From Candidatus Binatia bacterium (GTDB lineage Bacteria > Desulfobacterota > Binatia > UBA9968 > JAJDTQ01): a stretch of DNA of 64,000 nucleotides. Position numbers and translations under genes: made by a program. Shown piece by piece: positions 48,401 through 56,901 of the stretch (positions within the stretch are counted from its first letter, which is position 1; each line of letters starts with the position of its first letter). The stretch lies in contig JAJEAI010000201.1 in the NCBI GenBank assembly GCA_022824205.1, forward strand, positions 4,704 to 68,703, written 5' to 3'. The notes beneath the pieces were generated by a model. It was not told where the DNA came from and searched no databases. It was given only the letters and a program-made list of their open reading frames with translations.

Positions 48401-48814
48401 CTTGAGCGGGATATTCTTCTGCTTGCGCCGCCACAAGCCGTCCGCGTCCATGGTCAAGAGTGCAAGGAAAACCTCCAGGTCCTTTCTGGGGTCATCGGTG
48501 GCGGGCATGAGTAGCCCGAGAATCACCGCCCGTACCAGGATGAGTGGCTTTCGGCCCCACCACTTGCCGAGGCCGGTCAGCGTTTGGCTGTAGTTGGCCT
48601 TGCGTTCCTTGTAGCTCTCCTTTGACAGTCGCGAAACCGGAAACTGGGTCTCGATGAAGCTCGAAACGGGCTCTGCCTCCCCGACCCCGCCCTTCCTGGA
48701 TTCCCGCTTGCGCGGGAATGACGGATCAGGGGCGCCGTTACCTGTTTCCGTACCAACTGTGGGCAGTCGGTCGGCGGATGAATCGCGTCTCTTCTCAGGC
48801 CGTCCCATGTCCAT
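45407..48814 (-). CDS. DUF1156-type Zn-ribbon adenine-specific DNA methylase (anti-phage-associated DUF1156 family)
   Basis: SFIETQFPVSRLSKESYKERKA...GKWWGRKPLILVRAVILGLL is the DUF1156 N-terminus. The AdoMet motif is VGDAFCGGGSIPFEAARLG. The Zn ribbon is CPECGW. Motif IV is IWITDPPY. Confidence 0.75.
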   Translation of the reverse strand: MDMGRPEKRRDSSADRLPTVGTETGNGAPDPSFPRKRESRKGGVGEAEPVSSFIETQFPVSRLSKESYKERKANYSQTLTGLGKWWGRKPLILVRAVILGLLMPATDDPRKDLEVFLALLTMDADGLWRRKQKNIPLKEVYGRLSPSERQQWFMDAADPSRPKLKPGLKSADKQRLQRIVFDRMSYDEKLNWCVRPEHVDGPSPDAWQRINEHLGAAANLTELVKELGERRFGHAPRVGDAFCGGGSIPFEAARLGCEAYGSDLNPVAALLTWGALNIVGGGQKVAESVRQAQADVFDAVDRQITEWRIEHNDVGWRADAFLYCTETTCPECGWLVPLAPSWVIGEKTRAIAQLRPEPEQRRFAIDIRSGVSTDDLDTARNAGTVKQSRLVCPNPGHEGEASTPMTAIRGDQRGGPTSAGTGAGKKYGLRQWENDDILPRPDDVFQERLYCVRWRLPRLDEVLWAEQQARPSSACNTGEDAASATPEGTLFPLPEWVDRERATDALVALLAADERCEVAELRIRDWRAEDHALVEAQHEFETRKAAGLPKRDLAAAIQGIQRLRETIIQRNERVKALANSLPKTLYRSVDEADLEREAHTLTLLRERFAEWQTHGYIPSRAITPGAKTDEPIRTRGWTYWHHLFNQRQLLLAGLFGEFTIEHEKFSQQQRRALCLGLARCLNFNSRLTRWVNNAANEKGADTFANQALNTLYIYISRPWPRMTSIVNHIVTGRKASTSSVFSRDAREELSDVDIWITDPPYADAINYHELSEFFLAWYEKTLPELFPAWYADSKRALAVQGAAADFRRSMVDCYRNLAAHMPDNGLQVVMFTHQDASVWANLALILWAAGLRVTAAWTIATETDSALKDGNYVQGTVLMVLRKQTSDETAFLDELVPEVESEVERQLDSMLQLDDREAPNFSDADYQLAAYAAALRVLTRYGAIEDIDIAWQLSREREAGEVNPIERIIDDAVKTASNFLVPRGIPDYLWRRLGPEEKLYLKGIEVESRGEFRNGVYQEFARGFGVRDYRVLLQTAKANETRLKTASEFGRRELGGSAFGNSLVRHALYAIWRAAESGEVADSLTWLHTELADYWTQREALAAVLRYLTAIEIEHWRDDASAARVVAGAVENDHV

Positions 48815-48843
48815 TTCGCAACAACAATGGTTGTGGTGACAGT

Positions 48844-49503
48844 TCAGGCACCGGCTGTCCTTGCGTGAGCGGCCTTGCGCCGGGAGGCGACCTTGCGGGG
48901 CGGCGGTTCTTCCTTACCTTCCTCCGTTGCCACCAGACGGAATATCTCGGCCTGACGCTCCTGACTGTCACTCACCGGATTTTCGGTCAGCGCGAAGCGT
49001 ACCGCCTTGCGCCAGCCCTTGTTCCGGCCGTGCAGGGCGTGACCGGTGGCCGCGTTGGTCATGGTGAACAGCCACCAGCGCTCTTCTGGCGCGAGCCCTA
49101 TCCAGTTCTTGATGGCGGTGTGGATGAGCGCGGGGTCGGCGTCTTCGACGGCCCAGGCAAGGAGGGTTAACTCCTTGCCCAGCAGCCGGGCAACCGGATT
49201 GTCGCCACGTTTCCAGCGCGCCGCCGGCAGGCCTTGCTTCGCGAGGCGGCGATTGAACTCCATCCGCGCCTCGTCGGCGATGGCATCCCATTTGGTGCGC
49301 GGCAGGGCCACACGGAGTTTGGCGTCCTGAATGCCTACACCCAACGAAGGCGCCGCACGGCGCGTATTCGCATCGAAACGCACGTGTTCCGCGATGAGCA
49401 CGTCCTGGAGATGACCGCCGGGCACGGTCACTACGAAGTGGTGTTCCGACTCCTCCGGCTGAAAGCCGAATCCCATGCACTTGGATCGGGGAGGCGCACT
49501 CAT
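48844..49503 (-). CDS. DUF3780-like protein (middle gene of the DUF499/DUF3780/DUF1156 module)
   Basis: The N-terminus is MGFGFQPEESEHHFVV. The size of 219 aa, the position between the DUF499 and DUF1156 genes, and the ATGA overlap with the DUF499 stop all fit. The family assignment is from memory and not searched. Confidence 0.45.
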   Translation of the reverse strand: MSAPPRSKCMGFGFQPEESEHHFVVTVPGGHLQDVLIAEHVRFDANTRRAAPSLGVGIQDAKLRVALPRTKWDAIADEARMEFNRRLAKQGLPAARWKRGDNPVARLLGKELTLLAWAVEDADPALIHTAIKNWIGLAPEERWWLFTMTNAATGHALHGRNKGWRKAVRFALTENPVSDSQERQAEIFRLVATEEGKEEPPPRKVASRRKAAHARTAGA

Positions 49504-52500
49504 GGGTCCACGTCCTCGCGTCTGAAGTCCGCCTTGATTTCGGCAACGTAGTCCAGGAAGCGTTGGCCGGTGTCGAAGTGGATGCGCTTTGCCTCGATGG
49601 ACACTTCGCCGTCAGCGACGAGTTCCCTCAAGTGTTCTACTGCCCGCTCGATGGTCTCGCCGTCGAGTGCAATATCACCGTGGAGACTCAGTTCACTCCA
49701 TTGCCCGCTTCCATCGGAGTGAGCGCTCAGGCGCAGGCCGCTCGCGCTCCCTACGTGTTTCTTCAAGCGGGTCACGAAGCCGTAGGCCGTGCGAGTCGAG
49801 GAGAACTCGCATCCGCCGTGGGGGGACCATGCCGCCGGACTGGTCTTGTCGATGGGCTTGACGGCAGGTTTCTCGGCAATCTCGCGCCGGTGTACGTCCG
49901 AAACGATGCCGTCCTTCTCCGCCACGGCAAGGATCAGGCGCGCGCCCGACGGGACCGCAAACGGTCCGTCGTAGGCGCCGCCGGCGACCTTGGGATCGGA
50001 GCCGTCGGTGGAATAACGGATGGGGACGGCGGGTGCGGCGCGGATTTCCATCATGCGCTCGTCGCCTTCCATGTATTCGCGGGATTGCAGCGTGACGCGG
50101 TTGGGCCACTCCACCGGCTCCCCGGTCTCGTGCTCACCGCTGGAATCCACGGCAAGAAACGATACCCGGAGTTCCGATGTCTCGAAATCGCGGCCATCGA
50201 GCTTCATGGACGCCGTCGTCGCCGGGCCGCCGTAGTCTGCATACAGCATGTCGGCGTTGACGGGCGTGAGCCGCAGCTTTGCCACGCCCGTGCCGTCGTC
50301 GCGCGACAGTTCCTTGACGCGCACGGTGGTCGCCGGCTTGGGGAACGGCCCCCTGTTGACGTAGTTGCCTTCCTCCCGCCACAGGTCCTTGTGGATGCAG
50401 TCCGCCTTCATCCTGGTCAAGGCGTCGGGGCGGTGCCATTGCCATCCCGGCGACGTGGCGGCGCGGCGCTCGATCTCCGACCACGGCATCGACTGCTGGG
50501 TGAACAGCCGCGCTTCGATCTTCTGGCGGTACACATCGCTGGTGACGTCTGTGGTGTACTTCTGCTTGCCGGCGAGGGCGTCGCGCACCTGCTCTTCGCC
50601 GTCGTAGTGGTTCTCCTTGAACTCCATGAGGAAGTCCACCTTCGCCAGCCGGGCGCGGGTGGGATAGTACAGTGTGGTGAAGGTCTCGCGGACGGCGCTG
50701 TGGAACTGCGCGAGGAACCGCGGCAACAGCGTCTCCCGCGCCTGTTGCATCTGCGCGTCGCCGTCGGCCACGCCCTCTTCGTGCATCTCGCCGATGATCT
50801 GGTTGATGGCCTTCAGCTCTCGCGCGCGTTCCAGGAGCGAGTCGAATGCGCGCTGCCCGGTCAGAAACCCGACCCGGTTCCGGTAGGTAAGCTGCTCGTA
50901 CCACGTGACGAGGTCCGGGTGCAGGCCGTCCGGGTGCGGCTCGGCCACCACCAGCGTAATCCGCTCCGGGCCGACGTCGATCTCGTCGACGGCCGGCAAC
51001 GGCAGCAGGCGCTGGTAGCAGGACCCCTCGGCGGGTTTGAACATCTCGGTCAATCGCTCCTTGAGTTCCTTCGTCGCCTGATCGCGCAGGTATGCGCCCG
51101 CGGTTGTGGTGACGCGGGCGACGAGGTTTTGAACGTTGCGCAGGTGCAGGCGTCCGTCATTGGTAGTGTGCAAATACCATGCCGCCGTCGCCAGGCGCCC
51201 GATGACGTTCCCGGACAACCGCGAGACGTCCCGTTCGGGCGCGCACAGATTGGCGACGATCTCGGGTATGGTCAGCCCCTTGACGGCGTTGGGGACGTTG
51301 GCGAGAGAGGCGATCAAGAGCAGGCGCATCACGTCCTGGGCGTCCTCGCCGCCGCCCAGGTTGGCGTCGATGGTCTCGGAGACGGCGCCGCCGCCGGACG
51401 CGATGTCGTGGGCTATGGCGTTTTCCAGGGTGTTGTTGATCTGGTTGATCTCCGTCAGGGTCTCGCGGCTCTCCAGGTCGATGTCATGGGTCGCGATGAG
51501 GTACGGGTCGCGGTCGGACTGCCAGATCCGTGACACAATGACACGCATCAGACGGATCAGGCCGCGGGTCTGTTGAAAGCCCTGGTTCTCGCGGAACCTT
51601 CCATAGAGATCCCGGATGGCCGGATGGAAGGGGTAGGACTCGACGATCTGGCCGGCGAACTGTTCGGGCGAGGCGTTGGTCACGTCCATCAGTTTCGCCT
51701 CGCGGACGGCTCGCGCGTAGCCCTGCGCCACATGTTCGATCTCCGCGTCGTCAGGCAGCGTCTCGAAGATGCGTTTGCGAAGGATGTGGTAGAACTCGTC
51801 CGTGTTCATGCGCACGGGTTCCAGGTTCATCGCCACGCGGTCCGTTTCCGCCTCCATGTGATTGAGGGCGGTGGTAATCTGCGCGGCTCCGGTGTCGTAG
51901 GTGGCCCTGAGATCGGAGATCACCAGGCACACGTTGGCGAGTTCCGGCCGCCCGACCGCGACCAGGAGATTCGACAAGGCCGTGGTGGTCACCACGGACA
52001 AGTCGGAGTTGCCGATGCTTTTCGAAGCCGCGTTCTCGAAGTAGGGCGGCAACTCGTCCAGCATGATCACCAAGGGCTCGCCTTCCAGCAGGTTTACCCA
52101 AGCGGTCTGACCAGGCGCAGCGAGGGGCGTGTAGTATTCGTTGAACTGCTCCTTTTTCCCGAGTTGTGCCGCGATGGCGCCCCAGATGCCCAGCGGCGCG
52201 TCGCTTTCCCGTCCGGAGAAGGCGACCACGCGGACCGGCCCGAGTTCGGCGCTTGGCGCGTAAAAGCCGTCCATGACAGCGGCCCGGTAGCCGGGGTTTC
52301 GCGCGAGCAGCCCGAGGGCGAGCAGGTTGTGGGTCTTGCCGCCGCCCATGGCTTGGGTCAGCTTGAACACGCCCTGGGCGGATTTGCCTTCAAGACGCCG
52401 AAAACCTTCCGTGAGCAGCGTCTTCATGCCCTCGGTGATGTAGTTCTCGGCAAAGAAATCGGCGGGATCGATGCGGTCGTCGATCAGGTCGGTGAGGTCG

Positions 52501-52571
52501 AGAACGGTATCCCGGCGGGCGGGATCAAAGGCGGCCGGCCGGGGTTTGCACGCCTGCTTTACGGTCTGCAA
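49500..52571 (-). CDS. DUF499-family ATPase (anti-phage-associated DUF499)
   Basis: The Walker A motif is AMGGGKTHNLLALGLLA. The Walker B motif is VIMLDELPPY. The protein is 1023 aa and is the first gene of the co-directional block. Confidence 0.7.
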   Translation of the reverse strand: MQTVKQACKPRPAAFDPARRDTVLDLTDLIDDRIDPADFFAENYITEGMKTLLTEGFRRLEGKSAQGVFKLTQAMGGGKTHNLLALGLLARNPGYRAAVMDGFYAPSAELGPVRVVAFSGRESDAPLGIWGAIAAQLGKKEQFNEYYTPLAAPGQTAWVNLLEGEPLVIMLDELPPYFENAASKSIGNSDLSVVTTTALSNLLVAVGRPELANVCLVISDLRATYDTGAAQITTALNHMEAETDRVAMNLEPVRMNTDEFYHILRKRIFETLPDDAEIEHVAQGYARAVREAKLMDVTNASPEQFAGQIVESYPFHPAIRDLYGRFRENQGFQQTRGLIRLMRVIVSRIWQSDRDPYLIATHDIDLESRETLTEINQINNTLENAIAHDIASGGGAVSETIDANLGGGEDAQDVMRLLLIASLANVPNAVKGLTIPEIVANLCAPERDVSRLSGNVIGRLATAAWYLHTTNDGRLHLRNVQNLVARVTTTAGAYLRDQATKELKERLTEMFKPAEGSCYQRLLPLPAVDEIDVGPERITLVVAEPHPDGLHPDLVTWYEQLTYRNRVGFLTGQRAFDSLLERARELKAINQIIGEMHEEGVADGDAQMQQARETLLPRFLAQFHSAVRETFTTLYYPTRARLAKVDFLMEFKENHYDGEEQVRDALAGKQKYTTDVTSDVYRQKIEARLFTQQSMPWSEIERRAATSPGWQWHRPDALTRMKADCIHKDLWREEGNYVNRGPFPKPATTVRVKELSRDDGTGVAKLRLTPVNADMLYADYGGPATTASMKLDGRDFETSELRVSFLAVDSSGEHETGEPVEWPNRVTLQSREYMEGDERMMEIRAAPAVPIRYSTDGSDPKVAGGAYDGPFAVPSGARLILAVAEKDGIVSDVHRREIAEKPAVKPIDKTSPAAWSPHGGCEFSSTRTAYGFVTRLKKHVGSASGLRLSAHSDGSGQWSELSLHGDIALDGETIERAVEHLRELVADGEVSIEAKRIHFDTGQRFLDYVAEIKADFRREDVDP

Positions 52572-52855
52572 AAGCGGGTCTCCTGTTGGCTCATGGAACG
52601 ATGCTTCAACTGCGCCTTGGAGGCATCGCGTTGAAGGGATAGTCGAAATCTCGTGTTGGAAGGCCGAGCAAGTTGCCCTCGGGATGCAAGATACTTGATC
52701 GGGGGCGACGGTTTCAAGGTTTGGCCCGATGACCGTGGGCGCCGATGCACTCGCGCCGATGGAGTTTGCAACGGAGTCCGGATCGGACCATAAGAAACAC
52801 GGCTAGCCGAGGACAAGGGATAGCAGTCCACGAACCAAACAACCTGGAGGCCCAA

Positions 52856-53710
52856 ATGAGCAGAGTCAAGGAAGCTCTCGACCGGCAGGGAACCCTGGTC
52901 ATGCCCGGCGTGTACGATGCGCTGAGCGCGCGCATTGCCGAGCGCGCCGGGTTCGACGTCATCTTCACTACCGGTTACGGCATCTCGGCGACGTTCCTGG
53001 GGGAGCCGGACTTCGGCATCCTCACGCAGACCGAGATGCTGAACACCATCTACCGGATCTGCGGGGCGGTGCGGACCCCGGTGATCGTGGACTCGGACAC
53101 GGGTTACGGCAACGCGGTCAACGTGGTGCGCACCGTGAACGAGCTGATGCGGGCGGGGGCCGCGGGCATGTTCCTGGAGGACCAGGTCTGGCCCAAGCGT
53201 TGCGGCCACATGAGGGGCAAGCAGGTGGTGCCGCTGGACGAGTACCTGAAGAAGCTCAACGCCGCGGGGGCGGCGCGCGCGGACGGCGATCTGTTCATCG
53301 TGGCCCGGACCGACGCGCGCCAGGCCCTGGGCCTCGATGAGGCCATCCAGCGCGGCCTGGCCTTCAAGGAGAACGGCGCCGACGCGGTCTTCATCGAGGC
53401 GCCGGAGACCCGCGAGGAGATGCGCGAGATCGCCCGCAACATTCCCGGGCCGCTCGTGGCCAACATGATCGAACGCGGGGTCACGCCGCTCATGACGCCG
53501 GCGGAGTTGCGGGAACTGGGCTTCGCGCTGATCGTGTGGCCGGTGGGACCGCTCTATTCAGCGGCCATGGCGCTGCAGAAGTACTACGCGAACCTGCGCG
53601 AGAAGGGCACCGCCGAGGACCTCATGGACGGTTTGCTGCCGTTCGACGACTTTCACGAGATCGTGGGGCTCGAGGAGAAATACGCCCTGGACGAGAAGTA
53701 CCGGACGTGA
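52856..53710 (+). CDS. isocitrate lyase/PEP mutase family protein (2-methylisocitrate lyase / carboxyvinyl-carboxyphosphonate phosphorylmutase-like)
   Basis: The motifs are PGVYDALSA, VDSDTGYGN, KRCGHMRGK and FIEAP. The start is the ATG at 52856, preceded by GGAGG. Confidence 0.8.
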   Translation: MSRVKEALDRQGTLVMPGVYDALSARIAERAGFDVIFTTGYGISATFLGEPDFGILTQTEMLNTIYRICGAVRTPVIVDSDTGYGNAVNVVRTVNELMRAGAAGMFLEDQVWPKRCGHMRGKQVVPLDEYLKKLNAAGAARADGDLFIVARTDARQALGLDEAIQRGLAFKENGADAVFIEAPETREEMREIARNIPGPLVANMIERGVTPLMTPAELRELGFALIVWPVGPLYSAAMALQKYYANLREKGTAEDLMDGLLPFDDFHEIVGLEEKYALDEKYRT

Positions 53711-53788
53711 TCGCGCCCCGCGCGGGGTGTTTTCGGAGCAACGGGCCATCCGGCGCCACGAACGGACGTGCTCGCGCGCGCGGGGTGT

Positions 53789-54763
53789 TCAGGAGGCGGT
53801 TCGGGTCGTGGTGTCCGCCATCAGGGGTTTCGTTTCCCGCGGCGGCAGGGGGGCCATGGCGCCGTCGGGCAAGTCCAGCAGAAGTTCCCGCAACCTGCGC
53901 AGGTCTACGTCGAGCTCGAGCTTGGCGATCCGCCGGATGAGGATGGCCATGAGCTCGCTGTCGGTGGCGCGGCCGTGGCGGTGGACCTGGAAGTAGGCCT
54001 TCCCGTCCCGCAGGCCCACCTTGGCGTGCTGATAGATCACGCGCGCGGGCGTCCCCTCGGGAACCAATGAATACAGATGGGCGATGTCCTCCGGGTAGAG
54101 GCGGATGCAGCCGTGGGTCACCCGCCTGCCGATGGCCCATGAGTTGTTGGTGCCGTGGATGCCGTAGGTGGTGTGGGACAGGCGCATCCAGTATTTCCCC
54201 AAGGGATTGTCCGGCCCTGGCGGGACCACCTTGGGTTGGTCTTCTCCGCGTTCCTTCTGGATGGAAACCGGCACGTACCAAACGGGGTTCTCGCGTTTCT
54301 GCCGGATACGGTACTTCCCCGCCGGCGTGTGCTGGCCCTCCACGCCCACTCCCAAAGCGAAGGTCATCACCTTGGAGTCGGACAGGTAGTAGTACAGCCT
54401 CATCTCCGGGATGTTGAGGACGAGGCCCTCGCGCGGGGCGTCGGGAAGAATCCACTGGGACGGGATGGCGACCCGTGTGCCCTCGCCGGGCAGCCAGGTG
54501 TCCACGCCTGGGTTGGCCAGGATCAACTCCGTGTAGCCGAGGTGGTGCCGGCGGGCGATGTCGAGCAGGGTGTCCTTGTGTCGGGCGATGTAGATCGCGC
54601 GGTTCCCGATGATCGTGGATGCGGGGCCTCCGTCAGTCTCGCCGCCGGCGGGCACCCGGTATTCGAACACTCCGGTAGCGGGCTCCCAGGACTCTCCCAT
54701 CGAAGGAGCGGCGAAAGCCGCGAGTCCGAAGACCACGAGAGCGCACCAGAACCGTTTCCGCAT
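53789..54763 (-). CDS. L,D-transpeptidase (YkuD domain) with LysM-like domain, lipo/signal peptide
   Basis: The catalytic motif is HGT...SHGCIRL (here HGTNNSWAIGRRVTHGCIRL). The signal peptide begins MRKRFWCALVVFGLAAFA. The start is refined to 54763. Confidence 0.75.
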   Translation of the reverse strand: MRKRFWCALVVFGLAAFAAPSMGESWEPATGVFEYRVPAGGETDGGPASTIIGNRAIYIARHKDTLLDIARRHHLGYTELILANPGVDTWLPGEGTRVAIPSQWILPDAPREGLVLNIPEMRLYYYLSDSKVMTFALGVGVEGQHTPAGKYRIRQKRENPVWYVPVSIQKERGEDQPKVVPPGPDNPLGKYWMRLSHTTYGIHGTNNSWAIGRRVTHGCIRLYPEDIAHLYSLVPEGTPARVIYQHAKVGLRDGKAYFQVHRHGRATDSELMAILIRRIAKLELDVDLRRLRELLLDLPDGAMAPLPPRETKPLMADTTTRTAS

Positions 54764-54893
54764 GGATGTTCCCCGTTGTGGAGGCTGCATCAACCCGCCC
54801 GCACAGCCATCGGGTTGGTTGTGGGCTGGTTGAAATTTGTTAAGCCGGATTATACCATCTTTTGCCACTCGTTCAGAAGGGAACCCGTCAAAG

Positions 54894-55757
54894 ATGTCAT
54901 TCGTCGCCGCCGTGGCCGCCAGCCACGCTCCCAACATCCTGCTCGAACCGGGCGCGGAGTGGGAGGAGTTCATGACGCTCCACTACCGCATGGCGCCGCA
55001 GGCGGCGGGGACCAAGCCCTCTCTGGAGGCGCAGCAGAAGCTGCGGCAGGACGCCGAGCACGCCTTTTCCGTGCTTCGCGCCGAGCTTGAGGCCGCCCGG
55101 CCCGACGTGCTGATCGTGGTGGCCAACGACCAGTTCGTGAACTTCTTCTTCGACAACATACCGACGTTCTTCGTGACGCTGGCGGACGAGGTGCGCGGCC
55201 AGTTCACCCGCCACCGCTTCCGCTACCGCAACCATGCCGATCTCGGCCGCGCCATCCTGAAGGCCGGGGTGGACGCCGGTCTCGACCTTTCCTTCGGCGA
55301 GGACATCGAGCTGCAGCACACCCAGCTCGTGCCGCTGCATTTCCTGCTGCCCGAACCGGGGATCCCGATCCTGCCGATTTTTGTCAACACCTGGATCGAC
55401 CCCCTGCCCACGCCGGCGCGGTGCTACGCGCTGGGAAGGCTGATCCGTGAGGTGGCGGACGCCGCGCCCGAACGGGTGGCCATGCTCGCCACCGGGGGAC
55501 TGTCGCATTTCCCGGGGTCGCCCCGAATCGGCGAAATCGACACCAGCTTCGATGAAGGGTTGCTGGAGCAGATGCGCGCGGGCCAGGGCGCCGCGCTGGC
55601 GGACCTGACGCTGGAGCAACTCCGCCAGTCCGGCAACACCGAGTTCCTGAACTGGATGGTCACGGTGGGAGCCGTGAGCGACGCACCGGCCTCCGAGACC
55701 TTCTACATGCCCGACCACGTCGCCACCGGATGGGGTTTTGCAAGCTGGAAGCTCTGA
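54894..55757 (+). CDS. class III extradiol ring-cleavage dioxygenase, LigB-family catalytic subunit
   Basis: The N-terminus is AASHAPN. HFLLPE and GGLSHF match LigB/MhpB-type dioxygenase blocks. Confidence 0.7.
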   Translation: MSFVAAVAASHAPNILLEPGAEWEEFMTLHYRMAPQAAGTKPSLEAQQKLRQDAEHAFSVLRAELEAARPDVLIVVANDQFVNFFFDNIPTFFVTLADEVRGQFTRHRFRYRNHADLGRAILKAGVDAGLDLSFGEDIELQHTQLVPLHFLLPEPGIPILPIFVNTWIDPLPTPARCYALGRLIREVADAAPERVAMLATGGLSHFPGSPRIGEIDTSFDEGLLEQMRAGQGAALADLTLEQLRQSGNTEFLNWMVTVGAVSDAPASETFYMPDHVATGWGFASWKL

Positions 55758-55815
55758 CGCTTCGACGCCCGCCACCCGGCCGAGTCCGCGACCGCAACGC
55801 ACCCGAGAGCACCCC

Positions 55816-56061
55816 ATGAGCCGATACCACCTGAACCGGTTCCTGTTCGACCTGAAGATGAAGCCCGGCGCCGTGGACCAGGCCAGGTCCGACCTCGACA
55901 CGGCCCTGTCCGGCTACGACCTGAGCGACGAGGAGGTCGCCGCCCTCAAGACCCGCGACCCGCGGCAGTTGCGTCCGCTGGGCGCCCACGGGATGCTGGC
56001 GCTCTACCTGATGCGGCTGGATTCCGAGTTCGACGACAACATTTACTGGACGCAGAAGTGA
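55816..56061 (+). CDS. LigA-like small subunit of LigAB-type dioxygenase
   Basis: YHLNRFLFDLKMK...LSDEEVAALKTRDPRQLRPLGAHGMLALYL matches the LigA-subunit domain. It is 81 aa and lies immediately after the LigB-family gene. Confidence 0.6.
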   Translation: MSRYHLNRFLFDLKMKPGAVDQARSDLDTALSGYDLSDEEVAALKTRDPRQLRPLGAHGMLALYLMRLDSEFDDNIYWTQK

Positions 56062-56089
56062 ACGCGCCCAACACGACAAGGAGCTTTGG

Positions 56090-56881
56090 ATGGATCTGGG
56101 TTTGACAGGCAAGGTGGCGCTGGTGGCCGGCGCGAGCCAGGGGATGGGGCGCGCCATCGCCGAGGGCTTCGCCCGGGAAGGGGCCAAGGTGAGCATGTGC
56201 GCCCGCGGCGGCGAGGCGCTGGAGCGGGCCGCGGAGGAGGTCCGCAAGGCCACCGGCGGCGAGGTCCTGGCCACGGTGGCGGACATGTCCAGCTACGACG
56301 ACATCCGCAACTACGTGGAAAAGAGCGTCGAGGCCTTCGGTCGCGTGGACGTGATCGTGAACAACGCCGGCGGCCCTCCGTTCGGGACCTTCGACGCCCT
56401 GAGCGAGGACGACTGGATGGCCGCCTACAACCTGAGCCTCATGGGCACGGTCCGGCTCACCCGCGAGGCCGTGCCGCACATGAAGAAGGCGGGGGCGGGA
56501 CGCGTCATCAACATCACCTCCTACGGCGTCAAGGAGCCCATCGCCGGCCTGATCCTTTCCAACACGTTCCGCACGGGCGTCGTGGGCTGGGCGCGGACTT
56601 TGTCGCGCGAGCTGGGGCCGGACAACATTCTCGTCAACACGGTGTTGCCGGGCCGCATCGACACCGAGCGCCACCACAGCCTCAACGTGGCCCGGTCCAA
56701 GCGCCTCAACCTGCCGCTGGAGCAGGTGCAGCAGCAGAGCCGGGAGGAGATCCCCGTGAAGCGTTTCGGGCAGTCCGAGGAAGTGGCCGACCTGGTGGTC
56801 TTTCTCGGTTCCGACCGCGCCAGCTACATCACCGGCACCGCGATCCTCATCGATGGCGGGCTCGTCCGGACCCTCATGTAA
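56090..56881 (+). CDS. SDR-family oxidoreductase
   Basis: The N-terminus is GKVALVAGASQGMGRA. NNAG is present. The length is 263 aa. Confidence 0.8.
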   Translation: MDLGLTGKVALVAGASQGMGRAIAEGFAREGAKVSMCARGGEALERAAEEVRKATGGEVLATVADMSSYDDIRNYVEKSVEAFGRVDVIVNNAGGPPFGTFDALSEDDWMAAYNLSLMGTVRLTREAVPHMKKAGAGRVINITSYGVKEPIAGLILSNTFRTGVVGWARTLSRELGPDNILVNTVLPGRIDTERHHSLNVARSKRLNLPLEQVQQQSREEIPVKRFGQSEEVADLVVFLGSDRASYITGTAILIDGGLVRTLM

Positions 56882-56901
56882 GGAACAGGCAAGGAACAAG
56901 C

